A stretch of DNA of 64,000 nt from Octopus sinensis (lineage: Eukaryota). Position numbers and translations under genes: made by a program. Every line of letters begins with the position of its first letter. Position 1 is the first letter of the stretch. The notes beneath the pieces are model-generated. The model was not told the DNA's origin. It did no database searches and saw only the letters and a list, made by a program, of their open reading frames with translations. The stretch spans positions 24,614,001 to 24,678,000 of the forward strand of contig NC_043001.1 in the NCBI RefSeq assembly GCF_006345805.1, in the 5' to 3' direction. Positions 36,461 through 49,564 of this stretch are shown here, piece by piece.

Positions 36461-38129
36461 TTACCTTCAGTTTTCCTGGAAGTTTGCCAGCTGCAAGGAA
36501 GCTCTGAAAGAGGAACTGCAGTGGTCTTGCTAGGACTCTCTTACATGCTTTTAGGAGGATTGCCGGGAATCCATCGGGGCCAGTAGCTGAGTCTGTTTTC
36601 ATTTCATCTATAGCCTTGGTTACATCGTCTTCCTTTATATCGATGTAATCTATCGTCGCCGCCTCTGATTTTATATCTGCAGTGGTAAAAAAGTCAGTTG
36701 GATTGGTGATTTGGAGATGCCCAAGGGGTGGAGTGAAAACACTCTTGAATTGCTCATTCAGTATTTTACTTACCCTCATTGGTTTTCCTGTAAGTGTGCC
36801 ATCCTTTTCGAGGAGTGGCCCTATTCTACAGTGCACTGTAGCTGTTTCTTTGGCATACCTGTAGAAAGCTCTGGGGTTAGATTTTATGTTTTCTATAGCC
36901 CAGGCTTCTTTGTCTGCTCTTTCTTTTTCATGGGAGAGTTGCAGACATTTTTCGATTTCCAACAGTTTTATTTTTAGGCGGGACTTTTCACTGCTTTCAA
37001 TCTGTTTGTTTAGGCGATTTGAAAATTTCGTACGCCGTCTCATTAAAATTTTCCTCTCTCTGGGGATTTTGTTCTTGTGTACAGTGGCCTTTCTCTCTGG
37101 GACACATTTGTAGCATATGGCTTGCATTACAGACATGAATTGTTGAAGTTTCACGTCGATGTCTGGCGAGGAGAGACATTTAGGCCAGTTTTGTTTGAGG
37201 ATCTCTTTCTCAATTTGTTTCCAGTTTGCCTTATGGTAGTTCAAGCTGGAAAGATTTTGAGGGTTTCTTGTAGGCTGCATGTCCGTGCTCTCATTTGGCC
37301 CGTACATGGTCAGCTCTATCATGTTGTGATCCGAGAGTAGTGTCGGTGTCACTTTCACATTATGGATGAGATCCATGTCATTTGTGAAGCAGAGATCCAG
37401 TGTGTTACCTGCCCTGGTTGGTTGGAGTATTACCTGCTCCATGTACAGGGTGTTGATGAGGTTCAGGAGGGACCTCGCCTGTCCTCGTTCACATCTTGTC
37501 ATTCCTGGGAGAGAAAGGCCCTCGGGCCATCTGACATTGGGCAGATTGAAGTCTCCCATAAGAAGCACACCTATGTGTTGTTCTAATGTGGTTAGAATTT
37601 CTTCTATTTTTATAAGGCAGTCTTCAAACTTGCCCACATGGCTTGGGGCATCTGGAGGGCGATATGTAGCACACACAACTACATCAAGTTGCCTAATATG
37701 TACAATTAGTGTGTCACACACCGAGTTTGAGTATGACAAGAGGACCTGGGGTGTGAGGTCCTCACGGATGTACATAGCAACACCTCCATGACTCCTTTCT
37801 TTCCTGTCGGTCCATAGTACAGCATACTGTGGTATGTGTAACTCCGCATCTGCTATGTCCGGTTTCAGGTGCGTTTCTGTAAGTGCTATGCATAAGGCTT
37901 GATTGCATGCAACAAAGTCTCTCAGGAACGGGATCTTTGTCCTGTTACTGAATGTTTGCAGTCCTCTGATGTTCAGTAGGAGCATCGAGGTGAGGTGTAC
38001 GTTGTTGCCGGCGGTGTCCATCCTGTGTCTGTTTGCTGTGGTGGTCTGGTATATAGTGGGTAGTCCCACCTGCGGGCTTGGGTTTGATGAAGCCAGGTCA
38101 GCTGCTGTACAATCTTTTGTGCCATGCAC
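36396..38129 (-). pseudogene. LINE ORF2 N-terminal part: APE endonuclease plus linker
   Basis: LLNIRGL, IALTETHL, GGVAMYI, YRPP, MGDFN, LDLCF, SDH, then SATGPDGFPA; frameshift near 36465. Confidence 0.95.
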
Positions 38130-38500
38130 AAAAAAGATTGTTGCTCAGCAGCTGCTCTTTCGACAACATGAGAGACAGAACAAATATATCTTCATATCAT
38201 ACATCAAGGAATTGGTAAATATACTTTACTTGATATTTCATTCACCAAATGAAGTATTAATGAGAGATTTTCTTTTTTTTATATTATAACATCAGACTTT
38301 GCTTTTTTTAATCTAATTATTTTCATATGTCCCAAAGTCAACTTATTAGTGAAAATCTGGGTTGGAATGGATTGCTTTATAAGATGGGGAGAACACAAAA
38401 GCAAATATTGAATTTGTAATTGACTAATTAAAGATTATGAAATGAAACATCATAATTGCAGTATTTTAGTTGCTGATTATATATATATACTTTTTTCTAC

Positions 38501-38533
<33 letters not shown>

Positions 38534-38548
38534 ACATGTGTGTGTATG

Positions 38549-38614
<66 letters not shown>

Positions 38615-38645
38615 CAGATATATATCATTTTATCAGTATGTGTAT

Positions 38646-38676
<31 letters not shown>

Positions 38677-38916
38677 TCTGTATAGAAAGAAGCTGTTCTT
38701 TCTTTGGGATATATTATCAAGGCATACACCAGTTTTGCACTAATATCAATTAACGATACTGGAAATTATTTCACATGTATATGTACTAGTGTTTATCGTT
38801 GGTTCTTCTTCAATACTAGTACTTTATACCTCTGAAATTCCAGTTATTGCTATGGAGATTTCCATCATTTTTAGTATAGGAGAAAAAGTTTTAAAACAGA
38901 GAATATAAATGTAGAG

Positions 38917-39113
38917 TAATCAATTTATTAACATAGTTCAGTCAAATTAATAAATTTATTTATATTGCCTATGCTGCATTTCAGCTGATTGCTGTTATTC
39001 AATATATGCACTGTGAAAGTGCAAATATTGAATAACAGCAATCAGCCGAAACACAGCATAGGCAATATGACTTAGCTTATTAATTTGACTGAACTATGTT
39101 AATATATTGATTA
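38917..39113. mobile_element. ~197-bp fold-back element (MITE-like hairpin)
   Basis: ~95-bp arms, loop GTGAA at 39013-39017, TA at both ends. Confidence 0.8.
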
Positions 39114-39214
39114 TGTTTGTATTCACTGTTTTTTTTTTAATTTTTAAACTTTTTCTACCATATATATATGTATAGTCAATTGAAATAAAGGAACAATAAA
39201 ATTAACAATAACAA

Positions 39215-39350
39215 ACAACAAGATAGCATGCACAAGGGATGTATTAGTTTAATGCTCAGTAAAAAGAGAGAGGTTTTTTGCATTTCAAGCATAACTCTTC
39301 ATCAGAAAAGTCCAGAGAAGGTAAAAGAAATTGCCCACAGCATGCATATA
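39215..39350 (-). mobile_element. Penelope-like terminal repeat with hammerhead motif, old
   Basis: TTTT CTGATGA A GAGT TAT GCTT GAAA TGCA AAAA at 39309-39275; flanks align with 58020-58140. Confidence 0.55.
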
Positions 39351-39726
39351 GTTACATTGCTTACATATGTATCTATGTATGTGTGTGTGTGTATGTATAT
39401 ATGTATATGTGCATGTGTGTGTGTGTATGTATATATGTATATGTGCATGTGTGTGTATGTATTTATATAGCAAGAGTTTTGTCTGCAAAATATAATGTGT
39501 ATTTAGATGTCCATACATTCTTTTATACTCCAAAAGAAAAAGCTGTGAAGGGAAATTTGTTATGTATAGTCAGTTTCTTACTAGTGATTTATTAAAGATC
39601 ACAGAGGATACATAGAAAAATATAAAATTGGCGAGTTACTGCTGAAATTATTTATTTATTTAAGTTAATATTTTGTTATCAATAAGTCAATATCAGTAAA
39701 TATTATTTCAGAGCTAACGCCCAAGT

Positions 39727-39759
<33 letters not shown>

Positions 39760-40554
39760 ATGTATACAAACACATGTGTGTGTGTATCTATGTGTGTATA
39801 TATATATTATCCAAAATGCACAGTATCAAATATCTATCATGACTGAGCTTACCAATTGGTTTCACATAAAGAATAGAATGGAGTATAAGGTAACAAACTG
39901 ATTATATAACTTTATGCTCATCAGAGTTAGCCAATATAGAAGGGAATATGGCAACTGCTCTCTATTGTTGGACGTAGATTAGCACAACAGGTTAGGGGCT
40001 GCTGCAAAAAAGGTGGTGGAATGAAAAAGGGCCAAGGGATTAGTTTAGGAGTTTTTGTTTTTTTTGTTAGACGCCATCAAAAAAAAGCTAAGGCTGATAT
40101 TTTTTGTGGCTAAAAGCTATGTCTGAAAATAGATATTTACGCTACCCACGGGTGCCTCGGGGAAAAAATAATTTGACAAAACCCAGATAGGCTGTTGACA
40201 AATGTCCTAAAATTGGAGTGATATGTGTGCTAATTTGTGGACGTACATAAATTACAATCACGTATACACGCACACACACACATGCACACACATCCTACCT
40301 TTTATAGATATGATATAAGACTAGTTGGGTTAGAGTTTACAATAACCGTCTAAGGGATAAAAGTATCCAAAATACCACTAGTATATTAGCTATATTTAAA
40401 CATGCCCAACAATGTTATGTTCATAAATTATAGGTAAAGCCAAGGGTAAACAGGAGTTTGTCAGGAATCAAAATTTAAAGAAAACAGAAAATGGAGATAG
40501 CATTGATGAACAACAATTGATTTGCATCAATCATTATTTATCAATAATTTATAG

Positions 40555-40815
40555 TTTTTGGATTTGGCTTGCAAGATTCTTTATGTGAGTTCATGTGTTG
40601 AAGTATATTCTGTTGTGTCTGTGGAGAGTCATTTTCTTTTTGTGCCCTATAATTTAACACACTCACAGTTAAAATTTCCACTTATTTCTTATTTTTATTT
40701 TCCTAAAATTTTCGTTGCGTCTTGCAACCTTTTCAATAGTCAAGACTTACTGCTGAGTGTGTTGAATAATAAGGCACAAAAAGAAAATGACTCTCCCCAG
40801 ACACAACAGAATAAA
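40555..40815. mobile_element. Penelope-like repeat with internal inverted duplication, copy 1
   Basis: Arms 40606-40665 and 40754-40813. Confidence 0.75.
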
Positions 40816-40900
40816 TTACAGTATTTTTGTAAATTATTAATAAATAAGAACTGATTCAAATCAACTGTTGCTCATCAGTGTAATCTCCATCTTCTTATTT

Positions 40901-40939
<39 letters not shown>

Positions 40940-41524
40940 GTGTATGTGTGTGTCTGTGTATTTATGTATGTATATAGAAAAGGTTAACAGGTTTTGCACA
41001 GGTAAATTTGAATTTAAAAAAAAAACAAAGGAAATGCTTTTCATGAATAAAAGTGAGAAAGTATTTATATTCATCAAAATATGCTACCAGTCTCAATTGT
41101 TTGAAGATTTAGTCATGCCTAAATTAGAGGGGAAAATGAAATAAATTAACTTTTCATGAGATTAGTTCTGAAGGAGCACATTTTTTTCATACAAAATCAC
41201 ATAGTACTGGTGTTTTGTTTCTTTCTAATTTTTGCTGGATCATGACAGTTGATGGAGCAGCAAGAATGGGAGTATCTGTCAGCAGAAGTGACAGGAGGTG
41301 TGGTTGTTAGTAGTAGTAGCAGAAATGTCAGTGGCTGTTGCAGATTTTTTTTTTTTTTGTCAGTCTAGCTTGTATAGGTAGCAGTGGAAGCGTTAACAAA
41401 GGTTTCATTAGAGTTGGCAGCAGTTGCATCCCTTTCTCTGCCACAGGTATTTAAACATGATTGATGTCTGCTTATTTGTTTGTTGATGCGTTGTCATAAA
41501 ATGTGTAATAACTAAATTTATACT

Positions 41525-41908
41525 CTTTTACTCTTCTTACTCGACTGCGGCCATGCTGGAACACCGCCTTTAGTCAAGAAAATCGACACCAGGACTTATT
41601 CTTTGTAAGCCTAGTACTTATTCTATCAGTCTGTTTTGCCCAACTGCTAAGTTATGGGGATGCAAACATACCAGCATCGGTTGTCAAGTGATGTTTGGAG
41701 GAACAAACACAGACACACACACACACACATATATATATACATATATACGATGGGCTTCTTTCAGTTTCTGTCTACCAAATCCAATCACAAGGCTTTGGTC
41801 AGCCCGAGGCTGTAGTAGAAGACACTTGCCCAAGGTGCCACGCTGTGGGACTGAACCCAGAACCATGTGGTTGGTAAGTAAGCTACTTATCACAGAGCCA
41901 CTCCTGCA

Positions 41909-41913
<5 letters not shown>
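41525..41913 (-). mobile_element. SINE family A
   Basis: Full-length reverse complement. Confidence 0.9.
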
Positions 41914-41957
<44 letters not shown>

Positions 41958-41970
<13 letters not shown>

Positions 41971-42127
41971 TATATACGACGGGCTTCTTTCAGTTTCTGT
42001 CTACCAGATCCACTCACAAGGATTTGGTCGGCCCAAGGCTATAGTAGAAGACACTTGCCTATGGTGCCATGCAGTGCCATGTAGTTGGTAAGTAAGCTAC
42101 TTACTACAGAGCCACTCCTGCACCTAT
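41958..42127 (-). mobile_element. SINE family A 5' half, tandem with the preceding copy
   Basis: Shares the variant CAGAGCCACTCCTGCACCTATA with 41890-41913. Confidence 0.8.
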
Positions 42128-42691
42128 ATGAGGAGAAATTGTAAAGTGAGGTTATCTCTTGCCTCTACATGCATCTATATGTTCACTATGTTCTTGTATC
42201 AGTTCAATGTACTCTTGTATTTCGATTTATGTTCTATTGAGAGTCATGTGTTTTTCTTAAGAAACTTCCCATTTGTCCTATGCAGTTTTCTCCATATCTT
42301 GAACATGTTTTCCATAGATTAGGTTTTCAGAGTTATTTTCATTGTGAAGAGTTGTCTTTGAAATGGATCTCTGATCCTTCTGTCAGATTAAAACGCATAC
42401 CATAATTGGATCCTCCATATTCTTTTACCATTGGTCCTGTTGTTCTTGTGTGAAGTTTGGCCTTTGTTAGTATATTTTTCATCGATTTTAGTTGTCTTTT
42501 GCTTTTTGTGCTTGGAGGATTTGGTTCATTGTGGGGTCCTTCTTCAGTGTCAGTATGTTTTGGAATATGATGTTGTGGACCTCATTGGTTTGGGTATTAT
42601 AGTAAGACTATAGTAAATCTTATAGTAAGACTTTCAATTCGAATTTATTTCTTTGTTTATTATTGAATTTCTGGATATATATATATATATA

Positions 42692-43048
42692 CAGTTAAAT
42701 AAGTAAGTAAAGTTGAAAAAGTTACAGAAGTGTATTTTAGGGAATGTCTAATATTTTTGTTACAGTGAGTGATTTAAAATATAACCAGTTTCGATGCATT
42801 TATTTTATCAAATATTATAAAGAATTTTAAAGAGATGAAAAAAAAAATGAGGGTTAACAGTTTGAGTTCTCAAATATGGATACAAACTGTTAACCCCAAT
42901 TTTTTTTCTTCTCTTTAAAATTCTTTCTAATATTTGATAAGATGGTTACATCGAAACTAGTTATATTGTAAGTCATTCACTGTTACAAAAATATTAAACA
43001 TTCCCTAAAATATACTGTCTTTTCCAACTTCATTTACTTTTTTAACTA
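42692..43048. mobile_element. 357-bp fold-back Tc1/mariner-type MITE
   Basis: TA|CAGTTAAA...TTTAACTA|TA; ~170-bp imperfect arms around an 18-nt loop near 42863-42880. Confidence 0.8.
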
Positions 43049-44092
43049 TAGTTTCTGATTTGTATATACTCTTAACCCATTTTCAACTATATATATATAT
43101 ATATAATAACAAAATAATAAATAAAACATATGCATATATACATACATATATGTACGTACCTACATTTATATGTATATATGTATATGCATATATGGGTACA
43201 GGACACCAAAATAACGTCGAACACAATGAGAAATGAAAACATAAAAACAAAACCATACACACACACATACATACATACATGCATATACAAGTATGTTTGT
43301 ATGAATATGTGAATATATGTATATATTCATGTATGAATATTGATATTCATATCTAACTAAATCTATCTCTCTATCTATTTATCTATCTATCTATCTCTCT
43401 ATCTATCTATCTATATATATATATATATATATATATACATACACACATTCATATATGTGTATGTATTCATATATTCATATATGTGCTTTTCTTATTTGTC
43501 ATCACCATAATCACCATCATTGAACATCCAGTCTGTATCATGACATGGGTTGATCGTCTTCATTATTTGAGGCAAATCTTATTTGGATTACTTTTCCTCT
43601 AAATGCTTCGTCAAAGAACCAAGATCAATGGAGATATGCTTTTCTGCAGATCCATTAAACCAATTTTTCCACGATGACAATGATGATTGTCATGATATCT
43701 TTTTCTATACAAATGCACCTGCACATGTACACATGCAAAACACACGCAGGCAAACATTATCTACTCACATGTACCAACTCACATACATTCTTTTCAATCC
43801 AATGTTATTTCTATTTGTATGACAGTCAGTATCCTACTTAAACCAAATGCATCCAGATAACCACATGCAGATATGCAAATGTGTATATTGTCACTTATAT
43901 AAGTTAAGATATATACATTTTTCTATCTATAGAATAATATAACAAGAGCTTAGAGTCTTATTTTTATATACACAATCATATATTATATAGAATAGCCAAC
44001 AGACAGTTATATACATGTATGTAACAGCATGGGGCTAAACACCTACACACATATACATATATACATATATATACATATATATACGATTTACT

Positions 44093-44497
44093 ATAGGCGC
44101 AGGAGTGGCTGTGTGGTAAGTAGCTTGCTTACCAACCACATGGTTCCAGGTTCAGTCCCACTGCGTGGCACCTCGGGCAAGTGTCTTCTACTATAGCCTC
44201 GGGTTAATCAAAGCCTTGTGAGTGGATTTGGTAGACGGAAACTGAAAGAAGCCTGTTGTATATATGTATATATATATATATATGCGTGTGTGTGTTTGTG
44301 TATCTGTGTTTGTCCCCCTAGCATTGCTTGACAACCGATGCTGGTGTGTTTATGTCCCCGTTACTTAGTGGTTCGGCAAAAGAGACCGATAGAATAAGTA
44401 CTGGGCTTACAAAAGAATAAGTCCCGGTGTCGAGTTGCTCGATTAAAGGCGGTGCTCCAGCATGGCCGCAGTCAAATGGCTGAAACAAGTAAAAGAG
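44093..44497 (+). mobile_element. SINE family A, full length, young
   Basis: Near identical to 24541-24945. Confidence 0.95.
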
Positions 44498-44612
44498 TAT
44501 ATATTCACACATAAATACACACATATATGCATGCATCTGTAGAGCCATAAATGCATACATGCATTTTAGTTGCATCTACAGGCTCCAAGATGCACCCAAA
44601 TGCATTTATTAA

Positions 44613-44834
44613 GCCTCTAGCATTCAGATTTCTCTTCCAAATGTAATGCTTATTTATTCACATTGTTTTGAATTAATCATGCATTATCTCTATAGCTTTG
44701 AGACTTCAATGATGTGATTGTTTATTTTTTAAAACAACATTGTAGGATAGGTGTGAGGGAACAGATCTGGTCAGTTTTAACATAAAACAGGTTAAATATT
44801 TGGGTTGGATATGGTTTGTTTAAATGCTAAAGGA
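44613..44834. mobile_element. TTAA-type (piggyBac-like) MITE, degenerate
   Basis: TTAA|GCCTCTAGCATT ... AATGCTAAAGGA|TTAT; right half recurs at about 62880-62995. Confidence 0.55.
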
Positions 44835-45009
44835 TTATGTCATATTTCTGTGGAAAACCATGTGATTAATAGTTACCCAAAGATGTCATCAAGATATTAC
44901 CTCCATATGTGATATGACGTTGTTACTAAAACAATATACAATACTATTTGATAAAAAACTGTTCTGGAAATAATATAAGGAATCTTCTTGTTATTGAATA
45001 CATACACAA

Positions 45010-45165
45010 ACATCACAAGGATTATTGGTGGAACTTTCCCATCAAAATCTCTATCAAGTGTAAACATTACAAGCCATATATTGTTGTTTCAGACAGACAC
45101 GAAAAAGTATGTACCATCATAAAGGTTAGCTGCTTTGCTGATATGAATATCTCTTTGAAAATCAA
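45010..45165 (+). mobile_element. Old R4/Dong-like RLE relic
   Basis: YWWNFPIKISIKCKHYKPYIVVSDRHEKVCTIIKVSCFADMNI parallels WD..I.TD..I.HNRPDIVV.D...K.C.IIDVS.P.D.N. Confidence 0.6.
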
Positions 45166-45490
45166 CCCCAGGACTTATTCTTTGGAAGCCTAGAACTTAT
45201 TCTGTCAGTTTCTTTTGCTGAACCGCTAAGTTACGGGGACGTAAACACACCACCATCAGTTGTCAAGTGATGTTGGGGGGACAAACACAGACACCCAGCA
45301 GACATATATACACACATACATATATAAGACGGGCTTCTTTCAGTTTCCATCTACCAAATCCATTCACAAGGCTTAGTCAGCCTGAGGCTATAGTATAAAA
45401 CACTTACCCAAGGTGCCACGCAGTGGGATTGAACCTGGAACTATGTGATTGGTAAGCAAGCTACTTACCACACAGCCACTCCTGTACCTA
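45165..45490 (-). mobile_element. SINE family A, tail missing
   Basis: Reverse complement of head and centre. Confidence 0.9.
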
Positions 45491-46024
45491 TTTGACATGT
45501 TAATATTTTATTATTTTACTTTTTATATGTTAAAATGTTGACAAAATATAGGCTCTGAATAACGATTTCATAAATAAAATGTGAATTAATAACATATTAG
45601 TTAATAAATCATTTAATGTTTCAATGTTAGTCAAAAGATAAACCTTTCAGTATTGATTTCTTTGTAAATTCTATCATTTCATTAAATGATAAATATTTTC
45701 AAGCACTGGGTTGTTTGTGTTCTCATGGTTCAGAGTTAGAATTCCATTGAGATCAAGTTTTCTTTCCACCTTTCTGAGATCTGTAAAATAAAAGTATTTA
45801 TCAGTACTAGAGTTAATATAATTTAACCATTTGTGTATCAAACTTAATACAATCTGAAAGTCAAATTTACTACATTATTTGTTCTGAGATTATATTTCAA
45901 TGGAGGTGCTGTGTTTAAAAAACATAAAATATATCCAAGGCAGACAAAAATCATCTGGTAAGAATGCCAGATGCATTTGTTTCTCATTGAGCTTTGTCAA
46001 TAGCAAGTACTCACAGCCAATTAC

Positions 46025-46096
46025 ATGCCAAGAAGAAATCTGTCACCACTGATATAGGAAAACAGTGTATAAACATTCTTTATCTCAGGACAAGTA
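46025..46096 (-). CDS. Candidate exon
   Basis: TTTCTGCAG acceptor, GTAATT donor, 72 nt, TCPEIKNVYTLFSYISGDRFLLG. Confidence 0.2.
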
Positions 46097-46172
46097 CTGC
46101 AGAAATTTGCCTTTCACAGTGTATTAACATTAAGTATGATATACAAATGGCCATTTTAATCTACTGCTGCTT

Positions 46173-46575
46173 CATCATCATCATCATCATCATCATCATC
46201 GTTTAATGTCCATTTTCCGTGCTATCATGGGTTGGACGGTTCGACCGGGGTCTAGGAAGCCAGGAGGCTGCACCAGGCTCCAGTCTGATCTGGCAGTGTT
46301 TCTACAGCTGGATGCCCTTCCTAACGCCAACCACTTTGTGAGTGTAGTGGGTGCTTTTTACGTGCCAGGGAAGGCTGGCAGCGGCCATGATCGATTGGTG
46401 CTTTTTACGTGCCACCAGCACAGAAGCCAGCCAAGGCGGCGCTGGCATCGGCCATGTTTGGATGGTGCTTTTTACGTGCCACTGGCACAGGTATCACAAC
46501 TACAGTTTTCATTTGATGTTGATGTACTTAACTCAATAGGTCTCCTCAAGCACAGCAGGTCATGTGCCACCAGCA
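46173..46575 (-). mobile_element. SINE family B
   Basis: (CAT)n tail and 3-4 internal modules; closely matches 5404. Confidence 0.85.
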
Positions 46576-47405
46576 CAGATTAATTTTTTCTTCTATAGTT
46601 TCTTTCAAAACATGTTTCCTTGTGCCTGCATTATAAATTATTATATCTTCAACATGTATATTAACCTCTAAACAATTAGGTGCCTCAAAGTGCATCAGAA
46701 ATCAATTTTTGCAATGATTAGCAGTTACACACTGTATTACACATTGTATTCTATCAATGCACATTTTCATCAAAGTTATAAAAGAGGAAATAATGCTTTT
46801 TATTACAAGTTTGACTTCCTGTAATTGAAAAACAGCAGGGTTTTCATTTTGTTTATGCAGATTTTCAATAATTAGCCTCATAAACAAGAGAATGTCAAAG
46901 TCTCAAATGATAATAAATTTTATCAAAATGAAAAAATACCCTGAACCAATGGTATTTCTTTTATATCATTGAATAGTTAATTTCATCTGCAACCTAACTG
47001 AGCTTCTCTTTCTAATATTTTATAATTTTAATCCTTGAAACACAAGTAGAATTTCGTAACAGATTTAATAGGATTAAACATATTGAGTTTGGGGTTAATT
47101 GAATCAATAAGGATCGAGAGGAAAGATTATAAATGATATTTTTGCTACCCAAGTGTAAATGAAAACAATCATAACATTTGTATAGAATTATCTTCTGTCA
47201 AAGAAATGTTAACTATTTCCAAATTCCATGTGAGAGAAAAAAATCATTTGGAATGAAATCCCAATGTTTTATTTGAATTTTTGTTTGAACTAAAGTTAAC
47301 CTAACTTTGTCTGATTTATTTTTTTCTACTATCCATTTTACTATCTTTACTTTAGAGATTATTGTTAAAACATGTAATTTCTTTTAATTATTAGTAAGTA
47401 TACTA

Positions 47406-47735
47406 TCATTATCATCGTTTAACATCCGCTTTCCATGCTAGCATGGGTTGGATGATTTGACTGAGGTCTGGCGAACCAGATGGTTGCACCAGACTTCAGT
47501 CTGATCTGGCAGAGTTTCTACAGTTGGATGCACTTCCTAACGCCAACTACTCTGAGGGTGTAGTGGGTACTTTTGCATGCCACCGGCATGGGAGCCAGTT
47601 AGGTGGTACTGGCAGCGGTCATGCTCAAATGGTGCTTTTTATGTGCCACCTGCGCAGGAGCCAGTCCAGCGGCACTGGCAATGACCTTGCTCGAATGTTT
47701 TCTTTTTCACGCACCACCAGCACAAGTGCTATTAA
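47406..47735 (-). mobile_element. SINE family B
   Basis: Family motifs, 3 modules. Confidence 0.85.
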
Positions 47736-47859
47736 AGCGACACATATAATGATAATAATAATAATAATAATCTCATCTCAGATATATTATCAAAAGTTCA
47801 CTTGACACAAAGCCATTTACCTCAATACTACCCCATCCTCAGTTGAGTTCTCTTTCAAG

Positions 47860-48068
47860 TTGCTTAGTGACTTCACTGGGCTGGTGCCACATAAAAAAAA
47901 ACATCCAGTACACTCTGTAGTGGTTGGCATTAGGAAGGGCATCAACTGTAAAGACCATGCCAAAACAAGACAACTGGAGCATAGCTCAGTCCTCTGGCTT
48001 GCCAGCTCCTGTCGTATCATCCAACCCATGCCAGCAAGGAAAACCAACATTAATAGTGGCAATGATGA
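47860..48068 (+). mobile_element. SINE family B, diverged, opposite orientation to 47406
   Basis: GTGGTTGGCATTAGGAAGGGCATC...CCAACCCATGCCAGCA...ATGATGATG. Confidence 0.7.
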
Positions 48069-48486
48069 TGGTGAAAAGCAACAAGCAAGGAGAAAACATC
48101 AATAAGATTTAGTTATCAATATTTGAAGAAACTACAAACAGTATCATGTCTTTAAAGACAAGTGAAAGGAACAAACATGTTTCAGTATTATTAAACCTCC
48201 TCAGTAAAGTATATTCAGTTAGTTAGACAACCTGTCATGTTCACACTTCTTACCTTTCTAATCCTTCTCAGTCATCTCTTTTCAATCTACCAACAAACAT
48301 TTATCATCTTCAATTAATTTCCTTACATTTCTTCTCTGTAATTCCATTTTTGTAAGGGTCAAGGATATGAAAGAAAGGCCCATGGATGTCATGTTAACTT
48401 TTCCTGTGTTCTCCTTGGCCAACAGCGAAAAGAAATTCCTTGTTACATTACTAATTCAATGTAGCTATAACATCATATTCAAACTA

Positions 48487-48888
48487 GGCATAGGATTGGC
48501 TGTGAAGTAAGTAGCTTGCTTACCAACCACATCGTTCTAGGTTCAGTCTCACTGTGTGGCACGTTGGGCAGGTGTCTTCTACTATAGCCTCAGGCTGACC
48601 AAAGCCTTGTGAGTGGATTTGGTAGATGGAAACTGAAAGAAGCCCGTCATATATATGTATGTGTGTGTATATGTTTGTGTGTCTGTGTTTGTCCCCCCCA
48701 ACATCGCTTGACAACTGATGCTGGTGTGTTTACATCCCCGTAACCTAGCAGTTCGGCAAAAGAGACCAATACGATAAGTTCTAGGCTTACAGAGAATAAA
48801 TCCTGGGGTTGATTTGCTCAATCGACTAAAGGCGGTGCTCCAGCATGGCCGCAATCAAATGACTGAAACAAGTAAAAGAGTAAAAGAG
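48487..48888 (+). mobile_element. SINE family A, full length
   Basis: Complete head, centre and tail (AGTAAAAG)2. Confidence 0.9.
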
Positions 48889-49564
48889 AGACAAAAAAAA
48901 AAGAAGAAATCTGTTAATTCTGCTAAGTAGAACACAATAACATAAAACATAATAAATTAAATTAAATCAAGCATTAAGGTTAACGAAGGTTCATTATTTT
49001 TTCTCTCCCCACCCACTCTACCTTGTTTTGACTGAAGTGGTTCTGAGCATGTTCTTATAATAATTAAGAAACTAAGTACATTAGCACTTTTATTGGCTCA
49101 GATATCACTTCCTCTAACAAATATTTTGCTTCCTCCACCAGTTCTTCATATTTTCCTTATAATCTGAAAATTGATAACACCAGAAAGAGCTTCCTCTGCT
49201 TTGCTTCCACTTCTTTCTTTACTCTTCAAATTGAGTCTCATTCAGTTTTGTCTAAATCTGTCTCTGCATTTTTCCCCTTCTTGACTCTCTTCATATTTTC
49301 TCTTAATGAGACGCCTAAATTTTCTCCTCTTATTTATTCTGTCTTATCCTTATGCACACCTAATTATATTGCATTTCTTATCATTTCCAATCTCTGTTTA
49401 TTTGCCCACTTCATGAAATATAAATTCAAATTTGCTAAACGAACACCAGCAAAATAAAACTGCTATACTTTTAAAGTCTTTGCATAAACCAATAAATTAT
49501 TATAAACTATTCTATATAGCATATATACAATATAATGCACACACACACACACACATATATATAT

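Larger units (their letters stand above)
34937..38130 (-). mobile_element. 5'-truncated CR1/L2-group LINE with near-complete ORF2
   Basis: APE endonuclease and RT motifs across three consecutive ORFs; 3' UTR and (AATC)n tail at 34937-34961. Confidence 0.95.

Noticed and set aside
34925-38190. 11-bp inverted match (GATATATTTGT / ACAAATATATC) flanking the LINE
   Set aside because: A TSD should be direct, and a short AT-rich match can arise by chance; no direct TSD was found.
48250-48470. Strong AAAG|GTAAGA donor on the minus strand
   Set aside because: All three upstream frames contain nearby stops; no coherent exon.
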